Source: Lingula anatina
Taxonomy: Eukaryota; Animalia; Brachiopoda
Length of the DNA: 64,000 bases
NCBI GenBank assembly: GCA_051362555.1
Contig: CM120643.1
Location: 6,324,001-6,388,000, forward strand
Reading direction: 5' to 3'
Under the pieces are notes generated by a model. It was not told where the DNA came from. It ran no database searches and saw only the letters and a list, made by a program, of their open reading frames with translations. Positions 61,878 through 64,000 of the stretch are shown here, piece by piece (within the stretch, counting starts at the first letter, position 1; each line of letters starts with the position of its first letter). The translations under genes were made by a program, and so were the position numbers.

Positions 61878-63998
61878 AATAATGATCTCAGGTAAAAATG
61901 ATTTTCTTTCAAATTGAAAAAGCAAATTTAAAGTCTGATACGCTTAAGTACTTATTAAAACCTTCATTCCTTTCTTCTAGTGTATTTGATTTATCAGTGA
62001 TTGTATATATTAGTAAACATTTTATTTTTCATTTTAGACATTAACATATCTTTAAGTTATTTATTTGTTTGTTTTTTCATTCATTCATTCATTCTTTAAA
62101 TTTATTCAGCCTAACCACCCTGGGTCTGGCTGGACATGGGAGCCTGAACCCTTTAGGAACAGGTGCCTCCAGGTGACCACTAAGGACAGCATGGAAGTGA
62201 CCTGTACTTGGGGAGAACTGGACATGGAAATAAAAGGTGCTTGAACTCATAATTCTCGTAACCTTTTAAATCTGTAATGTACAACATTTGGAAATCTCAC
62301 TATCCTATAAAAAACTGTAGAAAAATGATGAAATGGTCCTTTAATATTGTCAAATACATTTAAGACTTTATTTTAGTATATATCATAACTTGTAAATAAT
62401 AAATAAATGTGCCAATTTATTCCAGAGTGGGACTACATGTACAAGCCTGAAGTCCACACAAGTGGTAAGTCCACACCATTGCTCTATTCAATCAACTTGA
62501 TGCATTTTTTATCTTTTAGGAAGGATTCATGAAATAAAATTACAACAACACCCTGACTCACAGGGTGCAAGTTTGGATCCTCAGGGGCTGTTGACAATGA
62601 ATTTGGAGACCTAGCTAATGTGCACTAACTCCATGAAAACTCTCACTGAATACAATCAGATTAACAGACTAACACGCTTCTCTTTGTCTCCAACATACTC
62701 CAACATACTCACATAAATGGTATTCCTTAAAATTCAATTCTGTGTTGCTCAAGCAAAAATCTATTTTTTAGCATACTTAAGAAGATAATTTATTTATTTT
62801 TAAGTCAATTAAATCTTTGAATGTGTCTTCATCAAATTGAATCCTTTTTGAACATGCACAGATATAATGGAATGTTAAGTTTGTATTTTTAAATATTAAA
62901 ATATTATTAAAATATCATTTTTCTTTAGCTGATATCAAAGACACAAAGAGTGTGTCAGATGCTGAGGGCAGCGAGGAGAGAGGTAAGACAGTATGGTCAA
63001 TTTAACGGGTGTTTATTTAACACACTTTAAAAATTTACACACACACAAACAGGCTCTCAGACACAAACAGGGGCAAATTGAGGCCATCTTCTGGGTCTTC
63101 CGGAAGATGGTCAGAAGTTTACATTGATGGGGATTTAATTTTTTGTCAGAAGACAGTCCACAATGGAGGATGGATCAGCAAACATAATTTGCAAGACTGA
63201 CAGAAAATGTCTCTAGATCCGCCCCTAACAAACATTGTGTTTTTATTCCCTGATCAGTGATCTAAATCTTTGAATACATCTTTGACTATGGTATTGAATC
63301 CTTGTTGTGCATGGGCATGGGATGTTGAATTTTGTTCCATTTTTTCCTTCAGTTGATGTCAAAGACACAACAATTACTGTGACAGAGCTCGTGAAGGAGA
63401 GAGGTAAGACAGCAGGGTCAATAGTTATGATATTTAATATACTTATGAAACGCATGCACACACACATACACTAACAAACACACATGCACATACACTCCAC
63501 AAGCATGTTGCTCAAGCAAAGTATTTAGTATAATTAAGAAGATGATTTATTTTTAAGTCATTTAAATATTTGAATGTGTCTTCCATAAATTGTAATACTG
63601 AATCCTATCTGAACATGCACAGATATGGAATGTTAAGTTTTTATTCGATATCATTTTTCCTTTAGCCAATATCAAAGATACAAAGATTGAGTCAGATGCT
63701 GAGGGCATCACAGAAAAAGGTAAGACAAAAAGCTTAGGACAATTTAACGGGGAATTCATTTAACACACTTAAAAATGTAAACACACAGATGGACTTTAGG
63801 GGGGGGGGGGGGACTCTGACGCACAAACACTGAGTTCAAATACGCTGTTCAGTGATCAATATCTTTGAATGGGTCTTCGACTATGTTAAGTAATGTATTG
63901 AATTCTTGTTGTGCACAAGTATGAAATGTTTAATTTGTTTTCCTGTCTTTCTTCAGTCAGTATCACAACAACTGTGAAAGCAGACATGAAGGAAAGAG
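61047..63998 (+). pseudogene. Multi-exon gene, runs off the window: CBM20-like domain plus micro-exon repeats; in-frame TAG at 61706-08. Exons 61047-61064, 61332-61380, 61626-61828, 62110-62236, 62426-62464, 62929-62982, 63353-63403, 63666-63719, 63957-63998
   Basis: All introns GT-AG with compatible phases. Spliced: MSTQSL-MIANMENEINKEEQCA-RKATVRVFLTNNYLQAKVVGRGTALGG*DPQKGVNL...FLLPKGSNIEWKFIKPQN-PNHPGSGWTWEPEPFRNRCLQV...VTCTWG...; fits CBM20 VVG...LGxW.P.KA..L...LP...EYK...WE...NR...W. Confidence 0.82.
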
Positions 63999-64000
63999 GT
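62744..64000. repeat. Diverged ~760-bp tandem duplication carrying a pair of micro-exons with their introns
   Basis: tgttgctcaagcaaa...taagaagat...gaatgtgtcttc...gaacatgcacagatat at 62744 and 63506; exon 6 resembles exon 8 and exon 7 resembles exon 9. Confidence 0.8.

Overview
AT-rich eukaryotic DNA (spliceosomal introns, no prokaryotic genes), probably from a marine invertebrate such as a mollusc (inference from the repeat families). Most of the window is transposable elements and tandem repeats: three ~1.66-kb Tc1/mariner copies sharing the same inactivating lesions; a near-intact intron-containing hAT transposon with a 5-bp TSD (hAT5-like); two Helentron/HINE-like elements carrying 146-bp AGGTCA-rich arrays; a Kolobok-like element; two MULE-like elements; Gypsy, RTE-X-like LINE, Penelope, P-like and ZNF862-like remnants; many MITEs; and a ~7-kb higher-order satellite. 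Three items are not resolved by the ORF track. (1) A Gypsy 3' region carries two accessory ORFs, each just after a splice acceptor, one with a double zinc finger, between integrase and the PPT/LTR. (2) A 9-exon gene at 61047-63998 encodes a CBM20-like starch/glycogen-binding domain followed by duplicated symmetric micro-exons, with an in-frame TAG at the conserved Trp. (3) A dead LDL-receptor class A exon has had its 3' half amplified into a 72-bp minisatellite. All calls are by-eye motif recognition with no database searches; coordinates were counted by hand and may be off by a few bases.
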